Positions 12,895-25,006 of a DNA stretch of 64,000 nt are shown here, in pieces. The position numbers were made by a program, and so were the translations under genes. The stretch's first letter is position 1, and each line of letters begins with the position of its first letter. Location: contig JAGIQG010000009.1 in the NCBI GenBank assembly GCA_024679065.1, positions 102,734,001-102,798,000 on the forward strand, given 5' to 3'. The notes below the pieces were generated by a model. That model ran no database searches. It was not told the DNA's origin and saw nothing but the letters and a program-made list of their open reading frames with translations. The stretch comes from Sphyrna mokarran. Lineage: Eukaryota.

Positions 12895-13795
12895 AGCAAC
12901 ACAGCACGGGAAACAGGCCCTTCGGCCCAACGAGCCCGCGCCGCCGTCATACCAAATAGTAGCAAATACATTATCCTATTTTAATATTCCTATATAATAA
13001 TATATATATTATTCCTAATATGGAAAATTTTCACCAGAGGGACAATTTGTTACCCAATCAGCCTAAGAGCGAATTTTTGGGTTGTGGGAGGAAACCGGAG
13101 TGCCCGGAGAAAACCCACGCAACCACGGGGAGAACACGCAAACTCCCGCAAACACCGGCCCAATTCCAAGTGTCTGCACAGCCACATCGATAGTCTCTGA
13201 GCTGTCATGGTGCCCTTCAGATGGTCCACATAAAGCACCCATTTACGACATGAGGTACCAGGCAACCTGTGAATCAACATCCAAGAGCTGTACCCGCACC
13301 ACCTGCCGAATGCGTGCTCAAATTATGGACCGAATTACCTGTGGAAAAAAGCCGTATTTAAACAGTCCTAATATATCCCTCTATCTGCATACTGCTCATG
13401 TGGCTGTCCAAGAGACCCTTAAACAGCCCCAGCGTGCCTGCTCCCACCACCTTACTCGGCAGTGCATTCCACACCCCCACTACCCTTTGTGTGAAAAACT
13501 GCCCTCTAATATTCGTCCTATACAATAGCCCCCCTCACCCTATGGCCATGACCTCTCGTCCTATCCATTTCTAAAGGTGGAAAAAGTTTACCTCCATTTA
13601 CTCTATCTATACCCCTTATAATCTTATACACCTCTATGATATCCCCTCTAAGCCGACGTCTTTCAAGGGAAAACAACCCCAGTCTATCTAATCGTTCCTC
13701 ATAGGACAGTCCTTCCATACCAGGCAGCATCCTGGTAAACCTCCTCTGCACTCTCTCCAAGGACTCCACATCCTTCCGATAGTACGGAGACCAGT
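12895..13795 (-). mobile_element. Young CR1 3' fragment with V-SINE-containing 3' UTR
   Basis: WSPYYRKDVESLERVQRRFTRM...; near-identical to 56690-57580 in the opposite orientation. Confidence 0.9.
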
Positions 13796-16079
13796 TGTAG
13801 GAATAGGATGGGAGAGAGGGTCTGGATAAGATACACTCATCAGAGTTTGTGCATACTCGATGGGCCAAATGGCCTCTTTTGCATTGTCAGATTCTGTGAT
13901 TCTATTGAGTTAGGGGTCGTGGCCCCTCTTCCTCCTAAAGAAATATCCTAACGTAGACTTACACTAACATTGCAATGGAATTACTGTGAAAATTCCCTAG
14001 TCGTCACACGTGTGCCTTATCGGATACACGAGAGAATTTAGCACGGCCAATGTGTGTAACTCAAATGTCTTACAGACAGTGATGCAAGCTGGGAATTGAA
14101 CCCAGGTCCTCGGTGCTGTGCTAACCACTGAAGGCACAATACTGCAAATGTTGCAATCTGAAACTAAAGGAGAAAATGCTGGAGAAACTCAGCAGGTCTG
14201 ACAGACCGACTGGGTTTCTCCAACTATATCTGCTTCTGCCATGACCTCTTCGTTTGCTCTGGGTTTGTACTTTACCAATATGAAACTATTGGAACCAGCC
14301 ACTTCCATTTTTTGTAATGTGGAGGAAATTTCTAATGTTGTCAGAGCAAGGACTGCTTCTTCCAGTGTTGTCAGACTAAGGGCCGTTCTGTGAATGGCAC
14401 TGACTCAATCTGCAGAACGCAGCTGGGCAAATAACATTTTTGATTCAATTTATTATTGTCACATGTACCAAAATACAGTGAGAAGTATTATTATGCATGC
14501 CAGCCGTGCAAATTATACGATACATAGCTCGCAAAGAGTTAGCACACGCTGGCGCTGTCTTGAAAATGGACTGTGATCCACAGTGAGATAGACAGATATG
14601 GGGAGAAAGCAAAAGAAAGAGAAATGCTGGTGAGAGATAGATATGGGGATGTGTGACACCAGCCTGGAGTGCATTGGAGTTGTCAAGTTCAGATGTAACA
14701 TAGACACAAATGAGGGTCTCCGCCTTCTATTTATTCATATGCTCAGAAGGGGCGACCCATGACCATGATGCAGTTTCACACACATGGTTTGATTTGATTT
14801 ATTATTGTCACATTATTAGTATACAGTGAAAAGTATTGTTTCTTGAGTGCCATACAGACAAAGCATATTGTTCATGGAGAAGGTACAGATAGTAGCATTA
14901 GTTATAGCAAGCGGGTAAAGAAAGAAACCATATTTCATGAACTAGAAGATAAAATATGGAGGTTCATTAAAAGTCTGATGGCAGCAGGAAAGAAGCTGTT
15001 CTTGAGTCAATTGGTGTGACTTCAGACTTTTGTATCTTTTTCTGAGCAGAAGAAAGTATGTCTGGGGTGTGGGGGGTCCTCGATTATGCTGGCTGCTTTT
15101 CTGAGGCAGTGTGTAGTGCTGATAGAGTCTGTAGATAGGCGGCTGATGGACTGGGCCGTGTTCATTAGGTTTCATCTTGAGGTGCTTCAATGCAATAAAT
15201 TAGTTAATTTTACTACTTGTGGTGTTTGAATCCGTATTTTGGTGTCATGATTGGGGAATTTTGCAATCCCCATAATTGTTTGAATCACTCCTCCCAATTA
15301 CTCTGCAATACAATTAAAGAAACACTAGATATTTCAAAATGGATATTGCAAATGGTGCTGGTTTAAGTTTTTTGTGTAAATCATATTACACTTGGGTTAC
15401 TTACAGGTAATTGTGACGTGTAATATTCATTGCATGTGTCCAATGTGAGTCATGCAGCCAGAGCAGGTTTATACCATTCTGCTCCTCGACCATTCCTGGC
15501 TGCCTCCATTGCACTTCTGCAGAAGCTGCTCAAACTTCAGTGTGTCCTTCAGCTAAGACCTGCTCTTTGGAATGTGAAAGTCTGCAACATTTGGTCAGGG
15601 ACAACTCCTGATAACCTGTTTATCTTGACTTTCATATTTAGCAGATTAGAGTGCTTTTTTCCCTCGTGGATTTGCTATCACGTATTTACTCAGCACGTCA
15701 ACTAGGCTGATCACATAGGAGATATCTCAGTGGGAGGAGGGATGGGCTGATAAATGCAAAATTGGAAATATTTAAATGATTTCAAAGTACTATGACCAGA
15801 GTTCAACCTTTGACTAACCCACAGCAGCTGTGCATCTTTATTTTTCTTAATGAATGGGATTGCCTTGATTGGTTCATCTTTTAAGTGTCATTTTGTTATT
15901 AGGCTCTGATTGTCCAATTGGGCACTGCAGTGATGTGTACATGCCAAGGTTTAGAGCACTGGGCTTTTGCTTTGGCTTTGGCTTGTGTTGGAGCTGATTT
16001 GAAGGAGGAAATGGACAGATCAAGTTGTAAAACCTTCTGCAACTATTCTGCCATCTTCAATGATTTACACATATATAAA

Positions 16080-16985
16080 GATGCTGCCGTTGGACTGGGG
16101 TAAACACAGTAAGAAGTCTCTTAACACCAGGTAAAGTCCAACAGGTTTATTTGATAGCAAAATCCACTCGCTTTCAGAATGCTGCTCCTTTGTCAGGTAA
16201 TTGGGAGTTCTGTTCATGAATATAAAATACAAACTCAATTTACAAAATAATGGTTGGAATGTGAGTCTTTATAGGTAATTAAGTCTCAAAGGTACAGACA
16301 ATGTGAGTAGAGAGGGCGTTAAGCACAGGTTAAAGAACATATATTGTCTCCAGACAGGACAGTTAAATGAGATTTTGCAAGCCCAGGCAATTCATGGGGG
16401 TAACAGGTAATGTGACATGAACCCAAGATCCCTATTTAGGCTGTCCTTATCTGCAGAACTTGGCTGTCAGTTTTTGCTCAGCGACTCTGCGCTGTCATGT
16501 TGTGAAGCCACCTTGGAGAACGCTTACCCGAAGATCAGAGGCCCATGACTACTGAAGTGTTCCCCAACAGGAGGAGAATGCACTTGCCTGGTGATTATAA
16601 AGTAATGTTCATTCATTTGTCATAGCGCCTGCATGGTCTCCCAATGTACCATGTCTCAGAACATCCTTTCCTGCAGTGTACCAGGTAAACAATATTGGCT
16701 AAGTTGCAAGAATATGTACCATGTACCTGGTGATGGTGTTCTTGTGTATGATGATGGCATCCATTTCAATGATCTGGCACATCTTGCAGAGGTTGCTTGG
16801 CAGGGTCATGTGGTGTCATGGCCACTGTTCTCCTAAAAGCTGGGTAGTTTGCTGCGGCCAATAGTCTGTTTAAGATTGTGCGGTTGTTTGAAGGCAGGAA
16901 GTGGGGGGTTGTGGGGATAGCCTTGGCGAGATAATTCATCTTCATCAGTGACGTGATGAAGGTTCTGGAGAAGATGTCATAGCTT
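16080..16985 (-). mobile_element. Penelope-like fragment
   Basis: Reverse complement of a degenerate GIY-YIG region and pLTR end, homologous to 1256-2397. Confidence 0.8.
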
Positions 16986-17479
16986 CTCTATTTAATTGAG
17001 ATTAAATTAATTGAGAAAAATCCAGATTTTTATGGATCTGTTCTTATTGAAATGAAATAACTAATATACAACTGTGAAATGTTTTATTCTGACTTGTTTG
17101 CAATTTATTGACATGTAGACTGGCAATATTTTGAGTTTTTTTAGTGAATAAAGTATATTTTTGGGAAAAAATGCTGGAGAAATTCAGCAGATCTGACAGA
17201 CTGACTGGGTTTTCCTACATTTCTGTTTTTGGCATGACCTCTTCATTTGCTGTGGGTTTGTTCTTTAGTAATATGAAGCTGTTGGAACCAGTTTTGTTTT
17301 GTAGCAGGACGGCCGTTGTATTTCTAATGTCAGTAAGAGTCTGGCAAACTGAGTTTACCCCAGTCCAACGCCGGCGTCTCTACGTCATTATTTCTCATAG
17401 TCAGAGCAAGGACGGCCTTGTAGGTAGTACTTAAACCTTTCAAGATTTGACTAGCTGCCGACGACAAGCGTCTGTATTG

Positions 17480-17700
17480 CTGATCGGATTGGCACCAGGA
17501 GCTGATAACTCGCTCGCTTTTGTGTTTTAGCGGCTGAGATTCTCATTCCTTCTAAAAGAGAGGCGGAGGGGCGATTTTGGTTTTTAAGGATTGGCTGGAG
17601 GATTTTAAGGAGGCACGCTGCCTCAGAAACGTCACCTAATGTGACGTCACTCCCACAGTCTTATATATATGGGCATTTGGGTTCAAACTCAGGAATGTTC
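17480..17700 (+). promoter_or_regulatory. Promoter of leader exon L2: inverted CCAAT boxes, GC box, full CRE, TATA
   Basis: ATTGG at about 17488 and 17590, GAGGCGGAGGGG at about 17560, TGACGTCA at 17642-17649, TATATATA at about 17662, 130 bp upstream of the ATG. Confidence 0.65.
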
Positions 17701-17799
17701 TTGATTGACTCGCTCAGTGTGTGTCGAAGCCCAGTGAGAGGTTGCTCTGTCGGCAGTGCTGCAGCTCGGCGGTTGGACTGACATCGGGAGTCGGCTGAG

Positions 17800-17857
17800 A
17801 TGGCTTTTACCGTGATGTTGCTGCTCAGCCTTTCTGCTGGGCTCATCGGAGGAGAAG
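17800..17857 (+). CDS. Signal-peptide (leader) exon L2: MAFTVMLLLSLSAGLIGGE-g
   Basis: Strong Kozak gctgagATGG, hydrophobic leader, phase-1 donor AAG|GTAAGG; joins in frame to 24701. Confidence 0.8.
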
Positions 17858-18732
17858 GTAAGGGATTGAGTGAGGTGGGGGGAGAGGGGATTTTTTTAAA
17901 AAAATGGCAGAGCAGTGTAAGTGAAAAGTCAACTGCCCTGACCTGAGGTTCACTCTGGCCGCAGTCCCTCCATTACTTCTTATGAATGGGCCGGGCCGGG
18001 CCTGAGCCCGCGCTGATTGCGTTCATGTTTACCTCAGATACCGATTGTCCAGCCGGACTGTGTGGAGGCCGCCACTTCGCCCAGGTTTCATTTCAGATTC
18101 ACAGCTGAGATATTAACCTTTTTGTTGATTTCACATAAAGTTTGGATGCGCGAGACCTGGCTCTCTTTCCGTCGCTCGCTTTTGGCGGCGCCGCTCTCCT
18201 GGGCAGCCATTCTTCTCGCTTTTTATAAATGTCCCAACGTTGGGTCAAATTAACACTGCAATGGAGTTACTGTGACAATCCTCTAGTCGCCATACTACGG
18301 CCCCCATTCGACAAAATCTGAGGGAGAATTTAGCATCAAACTCTCACGTCTTTTGGACTGTGGGTGGAAACTGGAGCACTTGGAAGAAATCCACTCAAGC
18401 GCGCACGAGAGAGAATGTGCAAACTCCTTAGAGTGTGCCGCAAGCCGGAAAGCCTAGCTGTTCAGCTTTGAGGGAGGTGCAATGCCTACTCCAAGCAGCT
18501 TGGATCATGCAGATCAACCCCACGACAGGAGGTGAGAGTCCTGTCTTGAACCTGGAATGCCTAACTTGCTGAGACTTTGAATTGGATTTTGATTCGAATA
18601 TTTTTTTTTTAAAAAAGGAGCTTGGCTCTTTGTCGGTCTGCAGCGAGTCTGAGGGTCGCTGCGATCGAATCGGGAGTGGGGTATTGTCTGTATCAGGGCT
18701 GCAGAATTACGAATAGACCGCTATTCACCGTC

Positions 18733-18791
18733 ATGTTGTTCCTCGGCTGCTTTTCCCTCAGTCTCTCCTTTTATATTGATCGGTGTGGGAG
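18733..18791 (+). pseudogene. Leader exon L3 with a 1-nt frameshift (MLFLGCFSLSLSF/ILIGVG-g)
   Basis: Paralogous to L2 (ttcaccgtcATGttg vs tttaccgtgATGttg), donor GAG|GTAAGG; T4 at 18769-18772 versus T3 in L4 makes it 59 nt (phase 2). Confidence 0.65.
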
Positions 18792-21700
18792 GTAAGGATG
18801 TCAATTAGTGAAATGATTTCCTTTTAAATTCTTGGGAAACTGTCGGAGGAAATGTTTAAATGTGGTGGAAACTCATTCAGTTTGTTTTGAGCGAGTGAGT
18901 GTGTGTTGTCGCAGCGGAGTTAGCCCTGCTCCCGGTTTTCCTTTCTCCAGTAAGTCGCATCCCAGTGTTTCCCAAACTGTGGGTCAAACAAGGGACGAGG
19001 TTTTGAGTCTCTCTCTCCTCCCTCCACCCCGGGGCTGGGGTCCAGCCTTTCCCTGCTGTAGCAGAGAGAGCTCGATAGGAGGTTTTGTAAACATCGTGTG
19101 TAAAGTCCCGCTTTGTACTGAATTGTCGAAGGTTAATTTCCACCGGCTTTATGGCTCCACTTTTCTGTGTAGTAGCTGCATGATTTCCTCATTGTTTCTT
19201 GGCCTTTTGGTTATACTGTTTTATGACGAGGACTATGTCTATGACTGTAATTTGAGTGTCGCTAGAAGTCATGTTTGTAAGGGCGAAGTACAATGCACAG
19301 TCGCTGGGGGAGCGCTGCGGTCGAGTGTCACTCATCACATCATATTTGAGAAAGAACAAGTTACAAAACCCAGCAACCATACCAGGCAACATCCTGGTAA
19401 ACCTTCTCTGCACTCTCTTCAAAGCTTCCATGTCCTTCTGTAGTGTGGCAACCAGAACTGGATGCAGCACTCCAAATGTGGTCTAACCAACGTTTTATAC
19501 AGCTGTAACATCAGATGCCAATTTTTATACTCTATATGCCGTAGCTCTTTAACCTGTGCTTAATTCTCTTTCCGTTCACGTTGTCTTATCTTCAAACTGG
19601 ATGATCAAACCCATCATCACAATTACCAACTGGTGTTCTATCTGGATTTTGACAAAACACATCATTTTGCTCGCTGATCTTCCAATTGGACCATAATACA
19701 GTGCAAATGCTTCCAGCTCACTCAATGGAATTTGATTACAAGGAACAATTATGGAGCCTTACTCTGAAGAATTTGGTCAGAACTTTTTTTCCTAAAAGTT
19801 GGATGAAGACATGCCCTGTGCAGCCAAATAAAAGCATGAGCCAGCGCCTCATTATACAATTCTCTGTTTAGAAACTTGTGTTTACAAGGGCAGCAGAGTG
19901 GCACACAGGTTGGCACGGTTGTCTCACAGCAGTTCGATTCTTGGCTTGGGTCACTGTCTGTGTGGAGTCTGCATATTCTTGCTTATCGATAAAGACTCCC
20001 ATTCCAACCATTATCTTGTAAATTGAATTTGTCTTTATATGCCCTGTTTGTGAACAGAACTCCCATTTACCTGACAAAGGGGCAGCCCTTCAAAAGCTAG
20101 TGGTTTTTGTTACAAGTAAACCTGTTGGACTTTAATCTGGTGTTGAGACTTCTCACTGTGTTTATCGTAGTTCAATACCACATCATTGGCTAAAATGGGG
20201 AGCAGAGAACTCACCAAATGATGTGGAGAACTCAGCTGAAATATAACATCAATCTTTTTCTCAAAGTATTTTAATACACAGATTTTCATACACTATCTTA
20301 TGCAAACTTTAATACCTATTTTCAGGATCTTGCAAAGTTGCCTTTTTGTGTTGGGGGTCCTATTAACTTTTTAATTTGAAATTATTGAACAGAAGGAGAC
20401 CATTCAGCATGGCGTATATGCACTGACTCACTGATAGAACATTTTGCTTAGGCCCTATCCCCGTAACCCCACATATTTACTCCGTAATTCCCCTAACCTG
20501 CACATCTTGTTAAAGTTTATTTATCAAAGTCACAAGTAGGTTTACACTAACATTGCAATGAAGTTACTGTGAAAACCCCCTGGTCGCCATACTCTGGCAC
20601 CTGTTCAGGTACACTGAGGGAGAGTTTAGCATGGCCAGTGCACCTAACTAGCACATCCTTCAGAATGTGGAAGGAAACCGGAGCACCCAGAGGAAACCCA
20701 TGTGACGTAGGGAAAATGTATAAACTCCACACAAACAGTGGTCCGAAGCCAGAATTGAACCCTGGTGCTGTGAGGCAACAGTGTTAATCACTGTGCCACT
20801 GTGCTCTCGGAGTAATTTAGAACATGAGGTTACTGTATGAGGTCACAGATATAGGTTGATAGATTTAACTGAAATAAGGAGATACTACTACTCAGAGGGT
20901 GATGAATCTGTGGAACCTGCTGCCCCATAGTATAGTGGAATCTGATTTGTTGAATGGTTTCATGAAGGAGATGGATATATTTCTAATTTTAAAAAGGGGA
21001 AGAGGGATTTGGGAGATGGATTTGAGATCAGCCTTGAACATTATAGTTTGAGGTATAGCTGGGCTATGTTTCTGTGCAGTGATGGGAGAGTGTGTGGATA
21101 CGACCCAGCTCAGAGAAAACTAGCATGCAAATAGAGCAGATAATAGAGAAAGTGAATGGAATGTTGGCATTTATAGCTAATAGAATAAAATATAGCAGTA
21201 AGTAAGTATTGTTGTAACTATATAAGGTATTAGTGAGGCTGCATCTGAAGTATTGTGCAGAGTTTTGGCCCCCTTATTTGAGGAAAATGCATTGAAGGCA
21301 ATTCAGTGGTGGTTCAATAGAGATTTTCTAGAGATGGGGGGGTTTATCATTTGAAGAGTTTGGGTGCAGGGTCTGTATGGCTGAACGTCCCTCACAAACA
21401 GCATCTTTGTAAGGGCGAATTACATCAGGCACAACAACTATCTTGATGTGGATAGTGTATTATGCATGCATGGCAGTCTCTAAACCAGGCACAATGAATG
21501 ACATGAAATCTTTCTTTCAAATTCATTTAAGGTACAGACTTTTATACATTTGCTATACTATGCAAACTTTGATATTTATGCTCAGGATCTTGTAATGCTG
21601 CTTTATTTGCTGCCAAAGCAGTATGCTGGCACAGTGGGTTGCACTACTACCTCTTAGCATCAGGGACTTGGGTTCAATTCTAGCCCCGGATCATGGTCTG

Positions 21701-22006
21701 CCTGGAATTTGCACATTCTCTCTATGTCCATGTGGGTTTCCTCCAGGTATTTGGTTTCTCCCCATGCTCCAAATATGTCTGGGCAGGTGGATTGGCCATA
21801 CTAAATAGCCCTTAGTGTCAGGAGGCCCAGCAAGGTGAATGTGGGATTGTGAGGATAGAGAGTGGATTAGGTTGTTGTAGTCATCCAGCTTGATGGCTGA
21901 ACGGCTTCCTTCTACCGTATAGCGATTCTATTACTGTTGAATCAGAGCTTGGGGGTGGGGGGGTTGGTGGTGGCGAGGGATTTGTGATAAACCAGAAATC
22001 ATTGTA

Positions 22007-22315
22007 ATGTTGTTTCTCAATTGCTTTTTGGGCAGCGCTGTGGTGAGCACTGCTGCTTCACCACACCAAGGACCCGGGTTCGATTCCAGCCTTGGGTGAC
22101 TCTGTCTGGAGTTTGTTACGTTTTTCTCATAACTCCATGGGTTCCCTCCCATAGTCCAAAAGACGTGCTGGTTAGGTGTATTGGCTATGCCAAATTTTCC
22201 CTCAGTGTACCTGAACAGGGGATTTTCACACTAACTTCATAGCTAAGTCTACTTGTGGCACTAATAAACAAACTTTTAAACTTCAGCCTCACCTTTATAC
22301 TGATTGGTGTGGGAG
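22007..22315 (+). pseudogene. Leader exon L4 split by a SINE (MLFLNCF..[SINE about 22030-22281]..FSLTFILIGVG-g)
   Basis: Both halves align to L3; donor GAG|GTAAGG and about 120 bp of following intron match 18792-18920. Confidence 0.75.
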
Positions 22316-22637
22316 GTAAGGATGTCAATTGGAGGAAAGGTTTTTTCCTAGGAAACTGTCGTAGGAAATGTTTAAATGTGGCTGGAACTCATTGAGTTTG
22401 TTTTGAGTGAGTGAGTTGTCACAGCAGAGTTATAAATCCTACAGAGTACTAGGAGACTCTGGCCAATTTAGTCTGCACTGAATCTCTGATAGAACATCTC
22501 CTGCAAGCCCTATTCCCTCAACTCCACATATTTACCCTGCTAATCCCCCTAACCTATGCATCTTGGGACACTTGAGGGGTAATTTAGTATGGGCAATCCA
22601 CCTAACCTGCACATCATTGAACTGTGGGAGAGAACCC

Positions 22638-23110
22638 TGTAAGAAGTCTCAACGCCAAGTTAAAAGTCCAACAGATTTATTTGGTAGCAAAAACCACTAG
22701 CTTTCAGAGTGCTGTTCCTTCATCAGGCGAGTGAGATTTCAGTTCACAAACAGAGCATACGAAGACACAAACTCAATTTACAAAATAACAGCTGGAATAT
22801 GAGTCCCCACAGGCAATGTGTGGAGAGATGGTTAAGCACAGGTTAAAGAGATGTATTGTCTCTAGCCAGGACAGTTAGTGAGTTTTTGCAAGCCCAGGCA
22901 CGTTGTGGGGGTTACAGAAGTGTGACATGAACCCAAGATCCCAGTTGAAGCTGTCTTCATGTGTGTGGAACTTGGCTATCAGTCTCTGCTCAGCTACTCC
23001 TCTGTTGTTGTGTGTCATGAAGTCTGTCTTGGATAATGCTTACCCACTAAAGATCAGAGGCCAAATACCCATGACTGCTGAAGTGTTCCCCGACAGGAAG
23101 AGAACACTCC
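22638..23110 (-). mobile_element. Penelope-like 3' fragment with hammerhead remnant
   Basis: Reverse complement reads cctgatgaaggaacagcactctgaaagctagtg and a GIY-YIG C-terminal remnant. A similar copy lies at about 23842-24275 (-). Confidence 0.8.
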
Positions 23111-24700
23111 TGAAAACTCTTGCAGACACAGAACTTGCAAATGCTACACGGATAATCATCCTAGGTTGAATTGAACCCTGGCCCTGGCACTGAGGCAGTG
23201 GTGCTAATCCCTGTGCTACCTTGCTGCCTTCTGACAGAAAGTTAAAGAAACAGTTTTAATTATTAGGTGTTCATGTTTGATCAGATTACAATTTGTACAT
23301 GCCTTGGGGATGGGTTCTCTGTACTTAGGTCCTGACTTCATTCCAGAACATGTTGTGCAAAAAGGGAAAACTAAGTCTGAGGAAGCAGAGAAGCTGCAGT
23401 CAGAGGCACCAAGATGGTGGGTTCAGGGGAAAGTCAATGGTCAGAATTATTTTTATCCATTGGCAAAGAGCAGTCACAGTTAAGAGGAATTCAGAAATTG
23501 TAATGGCTCAGAAACCCAGCCCACCTTTGTGTGACTCTGTTTGGAATAGTAAACTTGGCATGCATTAAAAATTAGCAAGGGTAAATCAAACAACTTTCAG
23601 ATTGCAGTAGATTCTGTTCTGGTTTTACTAGCTGAGCACATCTGACAGCGTCAGTTGAGAGACAACGTATGAGCAGCATGGTGGTTAGCACTGCTTCCTT
23701 GTAGTGCTAGGGAGCTGGGTTTGATTGCCAGCTTTTGGATCGCTGTCCATAGAGTCTGCAGTTCTCCCCTTCTATGTGGATTTCTTTCAGGCACTCTGAT
23801 TTCCTCCTGCAGTCCAGAAAATGTTCTGGTTAAGGTGCATTGTAAGAAGTCTCACAACAGGTTAAAGTCTAACAGGTTTATTTGGTAGTACAAGCTTTCA
23901 GGGTGCTGCTCTTTCATCAGGTGATTCAGAGTTCTGTTCACAAACTGGACGTATAAAGACAAACTCAATTTACAAAATAATGATTGGAATGTGAGTCTTT
24001 ATAGGTAATCAAGTCTTAAAGGTACAGATAATGTGAGTGGAGGGAAGTTAAGCACATGTTAAAGCAATGTGTATTTTCTCCAGCCAGGACAGTTAGTGAA
24101 GTTTGGCAAGCCGTGGGGGTTACAGATAATGTAACATGAACCCAAAGTCCTGCATGAGGCTGTCCTTGTGTGCGGAACTTGGCTATCAGTTTCTGCTTAG
24201 TGATTGTGCGTTGTTGTGAAGGCCACTTTGGAGAACACTTACCAAAGGTCAGAGGCTGAATGCCAGTGACCGCTGAATTGTGCTGAAATCTACAATTAAT
24301 AAATGTGATTGAAGCAGCGTGGGGAATAGTTAATACAGAAAAGAACTGCAAGTAAGTGCAGAAAATTAATAAAATTATAGAATGGTAAAATTACTAAAGT
24401 TTAAATGTGAAGTAGTTCAGGTTTGGAGGGGGGTGGGAGTCACTTAATACCTGGAAGATGTCAGTTTAGATAGAGTGGAGGAACACTGGCACCTTGCTGT
24501 GCAAGTATAGCATTCATTAAGATTTGTGCCATGTGTTAGTGAAGCTTGAAACAGTAGGCTTTATTTTCAGAATTACAGATTGTTGAATCTCTGTGGAACC
24601 TCTACCCTCAGATATCCAGATTCTGAGCTCTGTAAGTCAATTATTTGTTTTATTTGACATTTCATTGCTAGTGTTTAATTTGCTTTCTTTTGCCAATTAG

Positions 24701-25006
24701 TTGGGCAGGAAGAAGTACTTACTGCTGTTGGTTCATCACCTTCACTGCACCTTGAAATTGATGAAGATCTGAATAGCATTGAAGTATTGTGGGAGTTCAC
24801 AGGCAATAATGGCAATCTTGTTACTATTTTGGATTATGTACCAAATTTGCCCAAAGAGGAGCCGAATGAACAGTTCAAATTTCGTTTACGTTATAATGTT
24901 TCCACTGGCACTCTGATGATAATGAATGTAACATCTAGAGACGAAGGAATTTATAAAGTCACAGTAGGAAGAGAATTGAAGGAAAAGAGAATTCTGAAAG
25001 TTATTG
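24701..25006 (+). CDS. IgSF gene 1, V-set domain exon (CD2/SLAM/CD58-like, no canonical cysteines)
   Basis: Acceptor tttcttttgccaattag|, donor G|GTAAGT, phase 1-1, open. VGQEEVLTAVGSSPSLHLE...EVLWEF...RLRYNVSTGTLMIMNVTSRDEGIYKVTV: C-strand W and DxGxY present, no Cys. Confidence 0.9.

Noticed and set aside
18832-19443. 203-aa ORF
   Set aside because: No recognisable domain; spans intron sequence and antisense CR1.
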